A DNA stretch of 64,000 bases from the human T2T-CHM13v2.0 reference genome, Homo sapiens, in NCBI RefSeq assembly GCF_009914755.1, contig NC_060926.1; one strand, given 5' to 3'. Made by a program: the position numbers and the translations under genes. Positions 14,821 through 31,716 of this stretch are shown here, one piece after another; position 1 is the stretch's first letter; each line of letters opens with the position of its first letter. The notes beneath the pieces are model-generated. The model did no database searches and had not been told where the DNA came from. It saw only the letters and a program-made list of their open reading frames with translations.

Positions 14821-15971
14821 AGTCTAATATGTTTATTTTGTTGAAGCTCAGTTGCTAAGAGATTGGCCCAGTTCACAGGAGTAGTAGCAGACTCTTAGTT
14901 TAATGGTTTTTAAATGAGAGTGTTTTGTCAATTGGCTTGTCAAAATTATACTCCATAAATTATTCACAAGAGTGACTCCCCAACCTGGTAATCATAAAGA
15001 TTTTTATAAAGTATAAATCCTTGTTGTACTCTCTGCTACTCTGTTCCCAATTTTGACCCAGTGCCTCTGACTTGGGTCTATGTTAGGTTCTGTTGGTTTA
15101 GACAGGTTGGAAGCTACTGATTTAGAATACTGGCTGTGACATAGTGAAGAGCTATACAAGTAGGACTTGTAATACATGAATGCACCTGGGAAGAAGATGC
15201 TTTTGTTCGGTTTTGCAGTAAAGGGGTTATGCATTTCCTCACACAGAAGAATGAACTAATCTGTATTTTAAAAATTCTGCGGACTCTTGTTCCTGTCACT
15301 TCTTGGGACCTAGTGAATCCCATGAGCCTTCCTTTGAAGCTGAGTTAACTTGTTTAGTCTAAAATGATTTGCAAATTTAAAGTAGCATACGCTAACAAGG
15401 ACGTCAGTTACAATGAGGCCTTCATTACTCCTTCCTTTAAAAAAAAAAAGGCACATATTTATTTTAGAGACACAGAGTTCTTACTTGGACCTTGTCTGGT
15501 TTTTTTTTTGTTTTTTGTCCCTTATAAAGAGGTTTAAGCTTTGGAGTTTGTGGTGGTGTTTTTGGAGGAGAATGTTATTTTGGAGAATGTGGATTTCTCC
15601 TTGCTATCATTATTACAGATTTCCGTTCAGATACTTTTAGGTCAGGGTACCTACCTTCTGAAGGAACACAGGTGAAGATCTGTCTTGCTTGATTCACCCC
15701 GTGGGCTAAAAGGGCATCTTGTGACCAGAACTGAAGTCTACGAGACCTAGCTCTGATTTTTCTCACCTCTTTCTTACCGGATCTTCCTGTTCCCTTTCTC
15801 TCTTCTCAGACATTCGTATCTCAACCATGCTTTTGTATTTTTTTTAAACATCCTTCTCCCTTCAAATTCTTGATCATTTGCCTTACTGACATTTTACTGT
15901 CACCTCTGGCCTTTCTTAATTGATAAGAAGAAAGAATTTGTGCTACTTACATTATAGTGACGTTAGGTGCT

Positions 15972-18661
<2,690 letters not shown>

Positions 18662-18666
18662 GGGCT

Positions 18667-19906
18667 TAATGAGGGGGTTCCTTCTAAGAGATGCTTTGTT
18701 AGATGATCTTGTCTTTGTACATCATAGAGTGTACTTACACAAATCTAGTTGGGATAGTCCACTCACAACTAGGCTATATGGTATGGCCTAATGCTCACAG
18801 GCTACAAACCTGTAATGCATGTTACTGTGCTGAATAATGTAGGCAATTATAACACAGTGGTAAGTATTTGTATATCTAAACATAGAAAAGATACAGTAAA
18901 AATACAGTGTAAAAGATTAAAACCCGGCACATCTGTGTAGGGCACTTACATGAATTGGGCTCGTAGGAGTCAAAGTTGCTCTGGGTGAATCAGTGAGTGA
19001 GTCCTGAGTGAGTATGAAGGCCTAGGATGTTACTGTACACTACTGTAGATTTTATAAACACTGCACACTTATGCTACACTGAATTTATTTTTAAAACGTC
19101 TCTTTTCAATAATAAATTAATCTTAGCTTAATTTAACTTTTGTACTTCATAAACTTCTCAATTTTTAAAAACTTTTAACTCTTTTGTTATTACACTTAGC
19201 TTAAAACAAAAACAGTTGTTCAACAGCACAATATTTTCTTTCATCTTACCCTTTCTGTAAGCTTTTTTCCATTTTTAACTTTTTTTATTTTTTGTTTTAT
19301 ACTTTTAAACTTCTTTGTTAAAAACTAAGACACAAACACACACATTACCCTAGGCCTACGTAGGGTAAGGATCATCAATATCACTGTCTTCCACCTCCAC
19401 ATCTTGTCCCATTGGAAGATCTTTAGGGGCAATAACACACATGGAGCTGCTATCTCCTCTGTTAACAATGCACATGTACCCTAGAACTTAAAAGTATAAA
19501 AAAAAAAACAGCAACAAAAAGACAATGCCTTCTTCTGGAATACCTCCTGAAGGACCTGCCTGAGGCTGTTTTACAGTTAATTACTTTGGTAAGTAGAAGG
19601 AGTACACTCTAACAATAAAAAGTATAGTATAGTAAATGTACAAACCAGTAATACAATTATTTATTATCAAGTATTATATATTGTACATAATTGTATGTGC
19701 TGTACTTTTATATGACTAGCAGCACCACAGGTCTGTTTATACCAGCATCGCCACAAATGTAAATAATGCATTGATTGCACTATGACATTAGGATGACTGT
19801 GATGTCCTTAGGCAACAGGTATTTTTCAGGTCCATTATAATCTTATGGGACCACAGTTGTCTGTGCAGTCCTTGAGGTGAAGTGTCATTATGTGGCACAT
19901 GACTGT
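18667..19906. mobile_element. Tigger3b/MER7B-like DNA transposon
   Basis: ~1.2 kb; caggctacaaacctgta; acacaaacacacacatta; right end ggcacatgactg; the left end appears cut by THE1D. Confidence 0.88.
19472..19521 (+). mobile_element. Extremely 5'-truncated L1PA (last ~26 nt plus A-tail)
   Basis: acatgtaccctagaacttaaaagtataaaaaa matches the L1 terminus at 32967-33000; TSD acaatgc (19465-19471 / 19522-19528). Confidence 0.85.
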
Positions 19907-20389
19907 GTTTGTAGCTAGTGGAGGGTGACCTTTGCACCCGGTTGCCACTCCTTCCCCAGTTTCAAAGCTACCTTAATTTTTTTTTTTTTTTTGTCATTCT
20001 TTGCCCTTTAAGCAAAACTTGAAGAGGAGGGGTGCTTATAGTGAACTCTTTAAATGTTTTTAGGAATGGTCCTACAACTAAATGTTAAAATGAAAATAGT
20101 CAATATAAACACATTTCATCCCCTCTCTCAAGCCTTTGGAAATAATCTTAAGTACTTTTTAGATTACCACAAAAATACTCATCTAGCTTCTTTTACTTTA
20201 ACAACACTTACCTTTCCTAAGGTTTAGCTTGTACTGGTGACATTTTTAAACCTATTTTTTTCTATTTTATCTCATTTCACATATTTTTTGGAAGCAGACA
20301 AAATAGTCACTTATTTTTTCCTAGTTAATTATTACTATAACAGCTTACTTTTCTATTATAATTTTTCTTGCAAATACAAAATCATTGTA

Positions 20390-20615
20390 TAGTGTAGTAT
20401 TAAAGGATATGGAGATTTAAGAAGCCTGGAGTTTGTCACTTATTAGCCTTGTAATTTGAGACAAATAACTTACCTTCAGTTATCTCATCTGTAAAAATAG
20501 AAATGATAATTGTACGCACCTGAGTGGTTGTGATGAGTAAATGAGAAATCACATTAAAGCGATTAGCATAACACCTAGAGCCAAGTGGGTTGTCAATGCC
20601 TATTAGCTATTAATA
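20390..20615 (+). mobile_element. MIR SINE
   Basis: cttcagttatctcatctgtaaaaatagaaatgataat...ttgtgatgagtaaatgaga. Confidence 0.7.
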
Positions 20616-23600
20616 CCAACATTAGTTAAATAGGCACTTGTGATCATTCCTGGGAAGACTTGCTTTCATTTAACTGTTGTCATAGTTTCTATGGAAAAGA
20701 AAATGAATTATAAGTTACAAAGTGCTGGGTGTGAAGAGGACTCTTGGACCTTTTGAAAGCTCCCCTTCCCTCACATTGCATATTTCTGCCCTTGAAATCT
20801 CTGGAAATAGCTCTTTCATTGTACCTGCCTCTCTGCCTTTTTACTTTTTCTCTTTTCTTGACCACTTCCCTATCTCTCACTTGCCGCCTTTCTCTTCTGT
20901 GTCATCAATAATGGTGCTTCTCACTTCATGAACTGTATAAGATGTCATTTAGATCAGCTCTTGTTCTTTCTATCTTCTCCATGCCCTTCTTTTATTTCTG
21001 AGCCAAAAGTCTGAGAAATAATCAGAAAATAAGTTTCAAAAGGGGGACAGAGGAGAGAACATATGATAATAGAAACATGAATATATGGCTGAAGGCTACT
21101 ATATTTTTTTCCTTAATTATGTAATTGGTGGCTATTGACTTTGATTTCTTTCTAAAATTATATATGTGCTTCACTTGTTTTGCCTTTATTTTTCTCCTGA
21201 GGAGTGTTTTTCTATCTTTGCCTATAGTGCTGTTACTCTTTATCATTAGGAAAATCACTAGTTGATATTCATTTTCTAATTGGCTATATGAAATGAATGA
21301 AATTCAGAAAACTTTTTGACATGTGGCCAAATTTTACATAATTATTTCTAATTGCAGGAATTATTTTTATATATTAAATCTGCTGTGCATATACACACAT
21401 CTTCCTGCCAAATTGTATTGCATGGTACTTTGCCAAGAGAGTCACAATATGGCTAAAATTAAGCTTTATTAGGTATAATAGGATGAGAAGTGATTTAATT
21501 CTTTAAGCTGCCTATAAGTTCTAGGAGACAGATTTTATTCTATTTACTAAGTTAAAAGACTGATTCATTATTTTGCAAATCCCAGTGACAACAGTCAACT
21601 GAAACAATGCATGATGCTTCTTGAAGGAAAATGGCTTTATGGTTAAAATTGTAAAATTATTTATCTTTCCTCTTCCACCATTTGACTCCTTCAGTCTGTA
21701 GAAGAGGCCTATTTATTTTAGCAGGAGGTAGATTGAGTTTCTGCCAAGTCAGTGTACTCCCTAAATGAATATATCAAGGGCAATATTGTTTCTCAAAAAT
21801 CATTTAGAAAGTAGCATTTTTACATAAGTAGGCTCTTTCATTAGTTTCAAATTAAATTTGAGCAATTGCTGGTGATTTTTGGTTGTTTCTTGAAAAGCCC
21901 ATGGAATTGGGGAGTTCTGAGTCTTTGAGTGAGCATTTCCTTTCGGGTTTACAGTGCCTTCATTTGATTTGGAAAACTGAAATGACTGTAACTTCTTTAT
22001 CTAACTTCTTTGAGGAGGTTGATGTTGTATTCTGGAAATCAAAATCATATTTAAAATTAACTGAAGATAGAATGTTTTATTTGTAGGGTTACTTAGGTAC
22101 CCCTAAGGTAGAAAGCAGACAAAACAATTTAGGTTTTGGGGGTTCTTAGGAAGTAACAGTAGCTTTATTTTCTTTTAATCTCTACTTTTTTGAAAATGCT
22201 GGGGAAAAAAATTAGTATCTTGTGACGAATTCCTCTACCATCTGTAAGATACTTCTTTTTGTCCTAAGGGAAAGATGAACTCCATTATGCCTTGCCAGAA
22301 TTACCTCAAACACTTTCTGAATTTTGAAAAAGACTGACTTGATTTTTTATCCAGTAATAGATATATTTAAAAACAAGAAAGCGCCAATGACTCTTATAGT
22401 ACCTCTTTTTACTTTAAGCAAATATAACTTCCTGTATTTAAACTAAAGAGGGATACATGGTTATTAATTATAATTAATTAAATGCTATTATGCAATTCCA
22501 TTTTAATTTCTTTTTGAGGAGTTTAAATGAACTGAAATTTAAATCTTACAAAATGGCTATCAATAGGGGTGGGAAAATGTATACTCATTGATTCTTTAGC
22601 ATCTTATTTCTCGGTTAATTCAAATTAGTTTGGAGTAGAGTTTGATTTAATTTCAAAGAATGATACTCATTTTTCTTTACAATGGCAGTCACATACTAAT
22701 AATCACAACAGGCATTTTTCCTCTTAATTACAATTCATTTTGAATGAATTTGTATGCTCATCTGAATTCACCATGTCATTAAGGAAAATGGTAAACTTTG
22801 TTCATATCTAGAATTAAGAACAGTTTTTTTTCCTTAACATTAAACATATCCCCTACCCAGCATATTTTTCCTCCTCTTAATTAACATTCTGTTCATGGAG
22901 GAATTCATTATTTAAGGTGACTTTGCAATCATTAGTAGCAGACTTTAACATTTCTTGTGAGACAGGTCAGTTTAATAATTTCATATTGCCAATGAAAATT
23001 CCAGTTTAGACACCAGCAAAATATTCAAAATATTAATGACTATTGCATATGTGCAATCACTTATAATACTATAATATTTTCCTTGGCATTTAGAAAGATG
23101 CCGCTAGGCAGTGATCCAGATTTGTCTGAGTTATATGTTATTTTGACTCTTTAACATTTTGTGACCATGAAGAGTCTCTGTGGGGATTAACATTGCTGTC
23201 TACCAAACCTAAATAGCCTATAAGACCTTGGATAATTGCTTACCTAGTCTGGCAGTTGGTCAGCCTAGGAATGGCAGAAGGCTCCAAGGTGACATGGTCT
23301 AAGAGGCAGCTGGAGGAAGTGGGATAGCACAGACCTGCTCCTAGGGCCTCATTGCATTAAGAGAAGACAGAGCTAATTAATAGAAATAAATTTGTTTCAG
23401 GCAGTAGTTTCAGAGAAAGGAGTGCAGGTGAATAGAAAAGCAGCAGTTCTTACTACAAACATCGTGGCTGGAGTTTGGCCAAAGAGAACTGAAGACTCAG
23501 TAGACAGTAAATTCCATAGATCACCCAACTTTAGGTGACCCAGGAAATGCCTTCACTCCACCCACTTCCTGGGATAAATGTATTTCAATATGAACAGCCA

Positions 23601-25079
23601 CAAATTTTTAAAAAGTATGATAGTCATTTGAACTGGAGCAAATTTTGGTCTCACTGCCTCCTTGATGGGGACCATTTGGGAAAAGACTGGGGTTTTGCAG
23701 TAGCAATGAAGGAGGGGAAGGATTTGGATTTTATTTAAAGGTATAAAGGGTTTAAAGTGTTAAATTTATTTAAAGATTCTTGGATCTGTCATGTCACGTG
23801 TTGCCTCCAGTTCTGGTCACTGTGATTCATAAACAAAATATCCTTGGTAGAAATGACCACATCTGCGCTATCTGATGTTTTCATTCTATGGAAGGAAAAC
23901 CAAGAAGGATAGACAGAGATGAGTTGGCCACTTGGGTAGAGGCTTAGCTCTTGCTTTGCTCTGTGCTTGCTGAATGAACTTGGAGAAACCACCCAAAGTC
24001 TTGGGAGCTTAGTTTTTCAGTAAAATTGATGAATTAAACTAAATCAGCTCTGAAGCTCACTCTAGCTCCGAAAGTCCTGTTGACTGTTGGAACATAGAAA
24101 TATCCTGTGTTTTTACTCTTCTCTGGAAGATATGACTTGCTAAGTGGTCTGAAGCTGGTAAGTTCTTTGTGACTTACTCATGATTTATTTCTAGAACAAA
24201 TTTAGCCTGGGGTGGGCTTAGTGGGTCTGTGATAGAGACAGGCTGACCCAAGCACATTGATTCAGTGTCTAAATGAAGCATCTTAGACTTGTCACCAGAC
24301 ACTGGAATAATTTATTGATATGGATTAAGATTCACTGTCCATCAAAACAGCAGGTGCTGAAGAGACGTGACTACTTTGATAAATGGTCTCTCTCCTACCC
24401 CTGGTCCTCCAATATGTCACTTAATAGTCCCTGGGGAAATCCCTCCCTGTTCTTTTCCAGCAAACCATGTCCTTCTCTAATTTCAAATCTGAGGGTACCA
24501 TTAGTTCTAATGTTCAACAGTCAACTAATTGACAGTTAAGTATTTATCAAAGGGGACTCAGGGGACTTAACCTCACAACCCCCATAATCCTCAACAGGCC
24601 TCCAAAAATAAGCCACATAAGCATAATATCTGTGTAGACACAGTGTCCTTGACAAACGCAGCTTCAGAACGTATTTCCCAGGCTTTTTACAGCTGCACTG
24701 CCAACCATAAGCCCTTCCCGCACAGACATGCTGGGAGCTTCAGATACACTGTAGTGCTTGCCTACTGTGTGCCTGAGAGTTGCTCCGGTTGATTGAGTAC
24801 TTTGAACTGCAGGGCCCAACATCAAGTACAGAGGTTGTGGCAGCAGCTGTCAGCTGGGTCTTGGGGCTGAGGGGCTTAGAGCATCTTCTTAGTAATGAGA
24901 GAGATAGTCATGGCAAGGAAAAGAGGGCAGTAATACAGCTTTCCAGTCTTATTAGGATTTGTGGACCCATATACAATTAATATGAATTCTTGCTGTAATA
25001 TGGACTCTATGAAGACAGAAACCTGGTATGTTTTACTCACCATTGTAGCTTAAGCACCTAACACTGTGTTAACAAATGG

Positions 25080-25546
25080 TGTGATGCAGGTCCACTGTGC
25101 ACTGGTCACCAACTTGTCTGAGTCCAGTGGGAGCAAATACACTCATATGCAACAAGTTATATGAAGCAGATTTATTACTCACAGATTGGCAGCAAGGGAC
25201 AACAGACGCCTACGATTCATTGTGAGCTGGTGCCCCACGGTACAGAAAGCTGCCCATGGGGTCTCCACTGTGCATATCCCACTTGCACTGCAGATGAGGG
25301 ACACTGAAAAGTGGCCCATCTTGGGTTTTATACCTTGGGGGATACCTGACATGCTGGGCTAAAAATGTTGAAGGACATCTTGTTCTTATGGGGGACTGGA
25401 GCAAAGCCGGGGCTGTTTTGGCTGGCTTCCCCCTTATCTCTGGATGTTGCATTTTCAGCTCATTCTACAGTTATTTTTGGGAGCTACACACAACAAAGAG
25501 GGAAAACTGTATCAGTCCAAGGCCACCCAGAGAGGTGTCCTATGCA
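25080..25546 (-). mobile_element. ERVL-type solo LTR inserted in an L2 3' end
   Basis: TG...CA ends; tttattactcaca and ttttatacc (minus-strand polyA-like and TATA signals); L2 tail sequence on both sides (25000-25078, 25547-25578). Confidence 0.6.
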
Positions 25547-25584
25547 GGGAAGGTACTTAATATAGGTTGAATGACAAATACCGA

Positions 25585-25830
25585 GGTCATATAGGGCTGT
25601 GGTTAAGAAGACAAACTCAGACCCAGATGCCTAGATCCCAATCCCAGGTCCACTGCTCACTAGCTGGGAATGCGAATAAGTGAACATTTCTGTGCCTCAG
25701 TTTCCTTATTTTAAAACTAGAGAGAATAATAACAACATATATCTCAAAGGGAAGTTATGCAGATTAAATGAATTAATGTTGATAAGTGGGTTATAACTAG
25801 TGCCTGGCATGCATTATAAATGCTTATTAA
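25585..25830 (+). mobile_element. MIR SINE
   Basis: tctgtgcctcagtttccttatttt...gattaaatgaattaat...gtgcctggca. Confidence 0.75.
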
Positions 25831-27115
25831 ACATCAGCTTACATGGCCCACTTTCTTTTCCATCATTACCAAGGTTTTGTTTTTGGAACTAAAGTTTGAG
25901 TTTGTGAGAACACATGCTAACATGTATAAGACCAGATTGAAATACACTTCTGCCTTAAGCCATCCAGCTATGCAGCTTTCTATTTATACAATGCTCTGGC
26001 ACATCTCTTTCATCAGCTCTGTTAAAATACTGCTTGATTTACCCTTTTAGACTGAGAGCTCCTTGTAGCCAGACACTACTCAAGAGTGCCTGATTTAGAT
26101 GGATGCTCAGTGGTTTGAAACGAATGCATGATTTACTCAATGAATGACTGTCTTGTGTGTGTCTTGATTTCCTCAACCCTGGGGATGAATCACAAACCCC
26201 TTCCCCATCTCTTGGGTTCCCCTTTACACACAGTTCATCAGTCTCATCTGTGCATCCCCAGTTCCGGTCACTCCAGCTTCTCATCCTATTGTTCCCATTT
26301 CAAGCACAATCTTTGTTTGATTGCCACCTCTTCTCAGCCTCCCTGGGCAATCCCTTTACATTCCCCTAATACCTGTTCTCTCTTCCTTTCTCTGTCCCCT
26401 CCACATGGCTTGCAAACTGTAACATTTACATTGGCAATCTTGCTTTGTACTTGCCCTTTATTTTAAGTCATATCAAATCCTTTTGGTAAACTGGAAAAGA
26501 ATTAATTGCAAATAAAACATTATTATTTTGTTTCGCAGCCTCTCTTTTCCTTTCACCCTCATAAGCAGCTCAGGTTGCCTCATTGTTCATTAGAAATACT
26601 TTTTCCCCATGGGTTGCAACTTTGTCATGATGGTATTTTTTTATTTTGCTGCTATTTTGGTGTTCGAAGTTCTGTTGGTCAGTGCTGAAATTTATTTTCA
26701 CTCTTACCAGATTTGACTCTTACACGTGTTAAGGGTAAGACAGAAAGTAGATGGTGTGATTTACAACTCACTCCTCTTACTGCAGTGTCCACCTTGGAAG
26801 CATTTCTAGTGTGCTCAACTGAATAGAAATGACATATCAGAAATATTTAGACAATAGTACAAACTAGTGTGTAAAATAACATTTTCGGAACTTTAACCAT
26901 TTGTTAAAAAGAACTCTAGATTGCTCCAAAGCCTTCCTAGTTTAGGGTCTCTCTGTGCAAGAGTAATTACTTAATGCATTTGTCTGGTCCTTTAGAGTGT
27001 CATCTCCAAGTATTACTATCCTAGCTCCTATAAAATTACAGTCTTCACAAGGATTGGGATCTTATCTTCTCCTTCTTCTGTGTATTCTCATGGTGCCTAG
27101 AAAGAGTCTCCTGGC

Positions 27116-27457
27116 GGCCAGGCATGGTGGCTCACGTGTGTAATCCCAGCACTTTGGGAGGCTGATGAAGGCAGATTGCTTGAGCCCAGGGGTCTCAGAA
27201 CAGCCTAGGGAACATAGGGAGACCTTCTCTCTACAAAAAGCAATAGAAAAAATTAGCCGATCATGGTGACATTGCACCAGTGGTCCCAGCTACTCAGGAG
27301 GCTGAGGTAGGAAGATCGATTAAGTTGATGCTACAGTGAGCTATGATGGTACCACTGCACTCCAGCCTGGGTGACAGGGTGAAACCCTGTCTCAAAAAAA
27401 AATTAATTAATTAATTAATTAAATTTAAAAGAGCAAAAAATAAAAAGAAAAAAAAAG
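27116..27457 (+). mobile_element. AluJ with (TTAA)n in its tail
   Basis: ggccaggcatggtggctca...gcttgagcccagg...cagcctgggtgacag; internal deletion in the right arm. Confidence 0.92.
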
Positions 27458-28178
27458 CATCTGCATACAGAGGACACATGGTGAACACTGTTGTTGGAGA
27501 CATGGTTGCTGCGACCTGAAGTGACCTCCATGTGGGCCCACTCTGGGTGCAGGTGCACACCAGGAAGAGACAGAAGCTACTAGTCATTTTCCAAGAGGAC
27601 ATTTGGGCCTCTGTGTAGCCTCACAAATGAAACTGATTTCCAAGGGCCAGTTCTGCAGTCACAGATTCTGAATTTTCTTCTTATCCTAAGTACGATTTTT
27701 CTTGTGTATCTTTGCCAGCTCCCTCGCTCAGGGGAGTCGCAGCAGTAAATTGGTTATGCTAAACACTCCACCTGAGGGCTTCAATCTGGATTTTTTTCAC
27801 AGTGACCTAGTCATTTATATAGATGAGATAGACTCATCTTGAAACTTCACAAAGCCATTTAATTTTTTAAAAAGTCATAACTCTAGATAATTTGTATCTA
27901 TGATATTTCCAGTTCTCTCTTAGATTCCCAGTGAATACCCTGCAAAGCAGGAATTTCAAGCGCATGCACTTTGCCTCTGTCTTCTTTGCCTTTTCTCAAC
28001 CAAAATACTAGTCATGTGAAGCTAAACAACACATATTAGAAAGTGTTGATGTTTTCTTTGCATATGTTCTTTTTAACTATAATGTTTTATTTGCAAGACA
28101 GGCATGCAAATAAAGGCAGAAGCAATGCTAAGGATGTCCAGAGAATGTGACATGGTCCGTTATCTTTTTGTCCCTCAG

Positions 28179-28334
28179 TCTCTAGACCTGTGGAAAAGGC
28201 ATTATGTGTGGGACCCGCCCCGTTGCCCTCTCAGCTCTGCAATATCCCTTGCTCTACGGACTGCATAGTATCTTCCTGGTCAGCCTGGGGCCTGTGCATC
28301 CATGAAAACTGTCATGAACCTCAGGGGAAAAAAG
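28179..28334 (+). CDS. THSD7B: Internal coding exon of a thrombospondin type-1 domain protein (THSD7B): (V)SRPVEKALCVGPAPLPSQLCNIPCSTDCIVSSWSAWGLCIHENCHEPQGKK(G)
   Basis: Acceptor tatctttttgtccctcag|; donor AAG|gtgagt; 156 nt, phase 1-1; TSR signature PC..DC.VS.WS.W..C; joins in frame with 38705. Gene identity is from remembered protein sequence. Confidence 0.93.
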
Positions 28335-28574
28335 GTGAGTGCCTTGTTTGCATGCGCTTCATTTGCTGTCAGCGTACAAACATTTATTCTGGTAGCTAAG
28401 TCACTGATTAAGCCTGCTTAAGACAATATTTGTTTGTAAAATTTAGATAACCAGCTCAAGCCTAACGGTATTCAGTTTTAGGGAGGCAACTGGGACATTT
28501 CTGTGGAGTGCACAATCTCACCTTGATTTACCTTCAGTTAGACTCATAGCTGACTACTACTCTATTTGGTATAA

Positions 28575-28887
<313 letters not shown>

Positions 28888-30009
28888 ACTTCATGTTTTT
28901 TATATATAATGGTTATATGGGGGAAATTGGACATGATTTCCACGCTCACATCTGAAAAGAAATGTTTCGCAAATCTATATAATTCTTTTCAGATTTCCAC
29001 ATTTAACATTTGATGTTATATTTTAGATTTTTGCAAGGGTCATTATGTATATTGTTTAGTTTCTGATATTGATCTTGGGCTTAAGGAAAAATCTTCAACC
29101 TTTATATTCCTGTTTATTTTTGTAGGCCTCTATGGTCTAGTTTTCTTTAGTTTGTAATCAAAATACGTGTCTTCATCTTCAAAAGTTTACTCCTAGTGAT
29201 ATCTTGCCTTCTCTTTCATTGACCCTTTAGTTTCTATTGATACTGTGTTCCCTTAAATGACAGTACTAAAAAAAATATTTCCTTTACCAAGAGAAATGAG
29301 ATCCAAGGACATTCCAGAAATTAGGTTCTAGTTATTACATGCAAAGCAAGAATCCATGGCCAAACACTTGATGCTAGCATGCTTGCATACCTAGCACCCT
29401 GCTCACTGCTTACTGCTACATTCACTTGAAAACCCACATTTCAGTAATTCCTAGAGTGCTCATATACACACATGTGCACACCCAGACTCACTTACCCCTG
29501 TTCCTGGGCTTTTCCTTTCATTCTGACTCTTGTTCTAAGGTAGAAAGGAAGATGTGTATTGGCTTTCAGGCAGGTGGAAGCTAACTTTCATTCTTTTATC
29601 AAACCATAGAAATCTGGATGTCAAAGAAGCCTGGAGAGGGCCTTGGGCAATTCTCTTATTTGACATGTAACCAGAATGTCCCCCACGCCTCCGCAGCTTG
29701 TGGACACAAATAAGTTTCCATTTATACTAATACCTATAGTTTGCAGTCTTATGATCTACACATATATAGTCAGTTGCATGTAGTTGTATACGAGATTCTT
29801 CAGGGTGATTTACATATTTTTAGAACAGTCATCTTATGTTTAGCCTGTGCTGCTCCTGTTTAGGTCACTGTCCAGAAAATCATGTGAGGTTGGACCAAGG
29901 CTCCTCCAGTCACTGTGGCTGTGACATCACTTTGCTGCATGAAGTGCTGCCTTCATCTACTTTCAAAGCTGTAGAACCACATCAGACCAAGTAGATCTGG
30001 GAGACTCTT

Positions 30010-30530
30010 GGTTATATTACTTGGGAGACTAATGGTTATAGGTGACAGAAACCCAATTGATAACCAGCCTAAGTCAGAAGAGACTGGTTTGAGCTCATGT
30101 AGCTGAAATGAGAAGAGAGGATAGGGCTGCATCCAAGAGTATAAACAGGCCAATGGGTCTCCGTCTTGTTTTCTAATTCTTTCTTTACCTTTACATTTCT
30201 CTCTCTCTCCATCTCTTGTGTCTGCTTTTCTCTATATTAGGTTCAATTTAAGGTAGTACATAAAGCAGAAAGAAATGTCTTTTCCATTGGTCCCCGGAAG
30301 AGTCCTGGAGTTGAATCTCATTGGCTGTTTTATGTCATGTCCTCATTCCTGAACCAACTACTCTGACTGGAGGATGTGGGGTTTACATGTTCAAATCCTG
30401 GACATGTGGCCACCACTGGGATCAGGAGAGGGACAGTTCCCTTCAAACTTCAAAGACAGAGAATGGGGAAATGTGACTCCCTCAGAAAAAAAATGAGGTA
30501 CTGGTACTGCAGGCAGGTAGAAGCAGTTCT
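30010..30530 (-). mobile_element. Old MLT1 (J/K/L-like) LTR
   Basis: ggttataggtgacagaaaccca; ctcattggct...gtcatgtcctcattcctgaaccaa. Confidence 0.55.
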
Positions 30531-30563
30531 GAGGGTCAGATTTTATAGGTGCTTGTTAAATAG

Positions 30564-30942
<379 letters not shown>

Positions 30943-31204
30943 TGCCCTAATTCTGTGTTATGTTTTTTTGTCACTTGAGCTCCAATTTTCACAAAACTCC
31001 TGTTAAAAACTGGCTCCTTGAACTTTCAGTTTTATTTTTCCGGATAATTCGGAACTGGCCCATGGAACTTCAGACCCCCTCCCTTGGCCCCATTCCGCCA
31101 AGTAACATTTTTTGCCAAACTTTATCCTCATTGGCCTCTATTTCTCTATAGTAAAAGTCAACCTGTGCAGATATACCCTGGTCCATCATTCATAAGACAC
31201 CACT

Positions 31205-31716
31205 TGCTGTAGGTTGAATGGTATGCCCCCAAAAAGATGTGTTCAAATCCCAACCCCTGGTACATATGAGTAGGATGTTATTTGGAAATAGGATTATTTC
31301 AGAAGTAATGAAGTTAAGATTAGGTCATACTGGATTAAGGTAGGCTCTATTCCAGTGACTGGTGTTCTTGCAAGAAGAGGAAAATTTGGGCATAGTGACA
31401 TACACAGAGAGGAGAGTGCCATGTGAGGACATTGAGACACAGAAGAGGAGAGGCCACATGAAGATGAAGGCAGACATTGGGAGTAATGTGTTCCAAGCCA
31501 AGGAGCACCGTGGAGAACCACAACCACCAGAAGCTAGGAGAGAGGCATGGCACAGATTCTTCTGTAAAGCCTCCAGAGGGAGCATGTGGAGCATGGCCCT
31601 GCTGACACCTTGATTTCAGGCTTCCAGCCTGCAGAACTCTGAAGATGATACATTTCTATTGATTTAAGCTACCCAATTTCCAGTACTTAGTTATGACAGC
31701 TCTAGAAACTAATACA
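31205..31716 (+). mobile_element. MLT1C-like solo LTR
   Basis: tgctgtaggttgaatgg...caccagaagctaggagagaggcatgg...ccttgatttcaggcttccagcc...gaaactaataca. Confidence 0.88.

Noticed and set aside
27400-27422. (TTAA)n self-complementary run
   Set aside because: Ordinary microsatellite arising in an Alu A-tail.
28181-28185. Alternative acceptor tctag 7 nt inside the first exon
   Set aside because: It would shift the frame; the upstream cag has the polypyrimidine tract and gives the correct phase.
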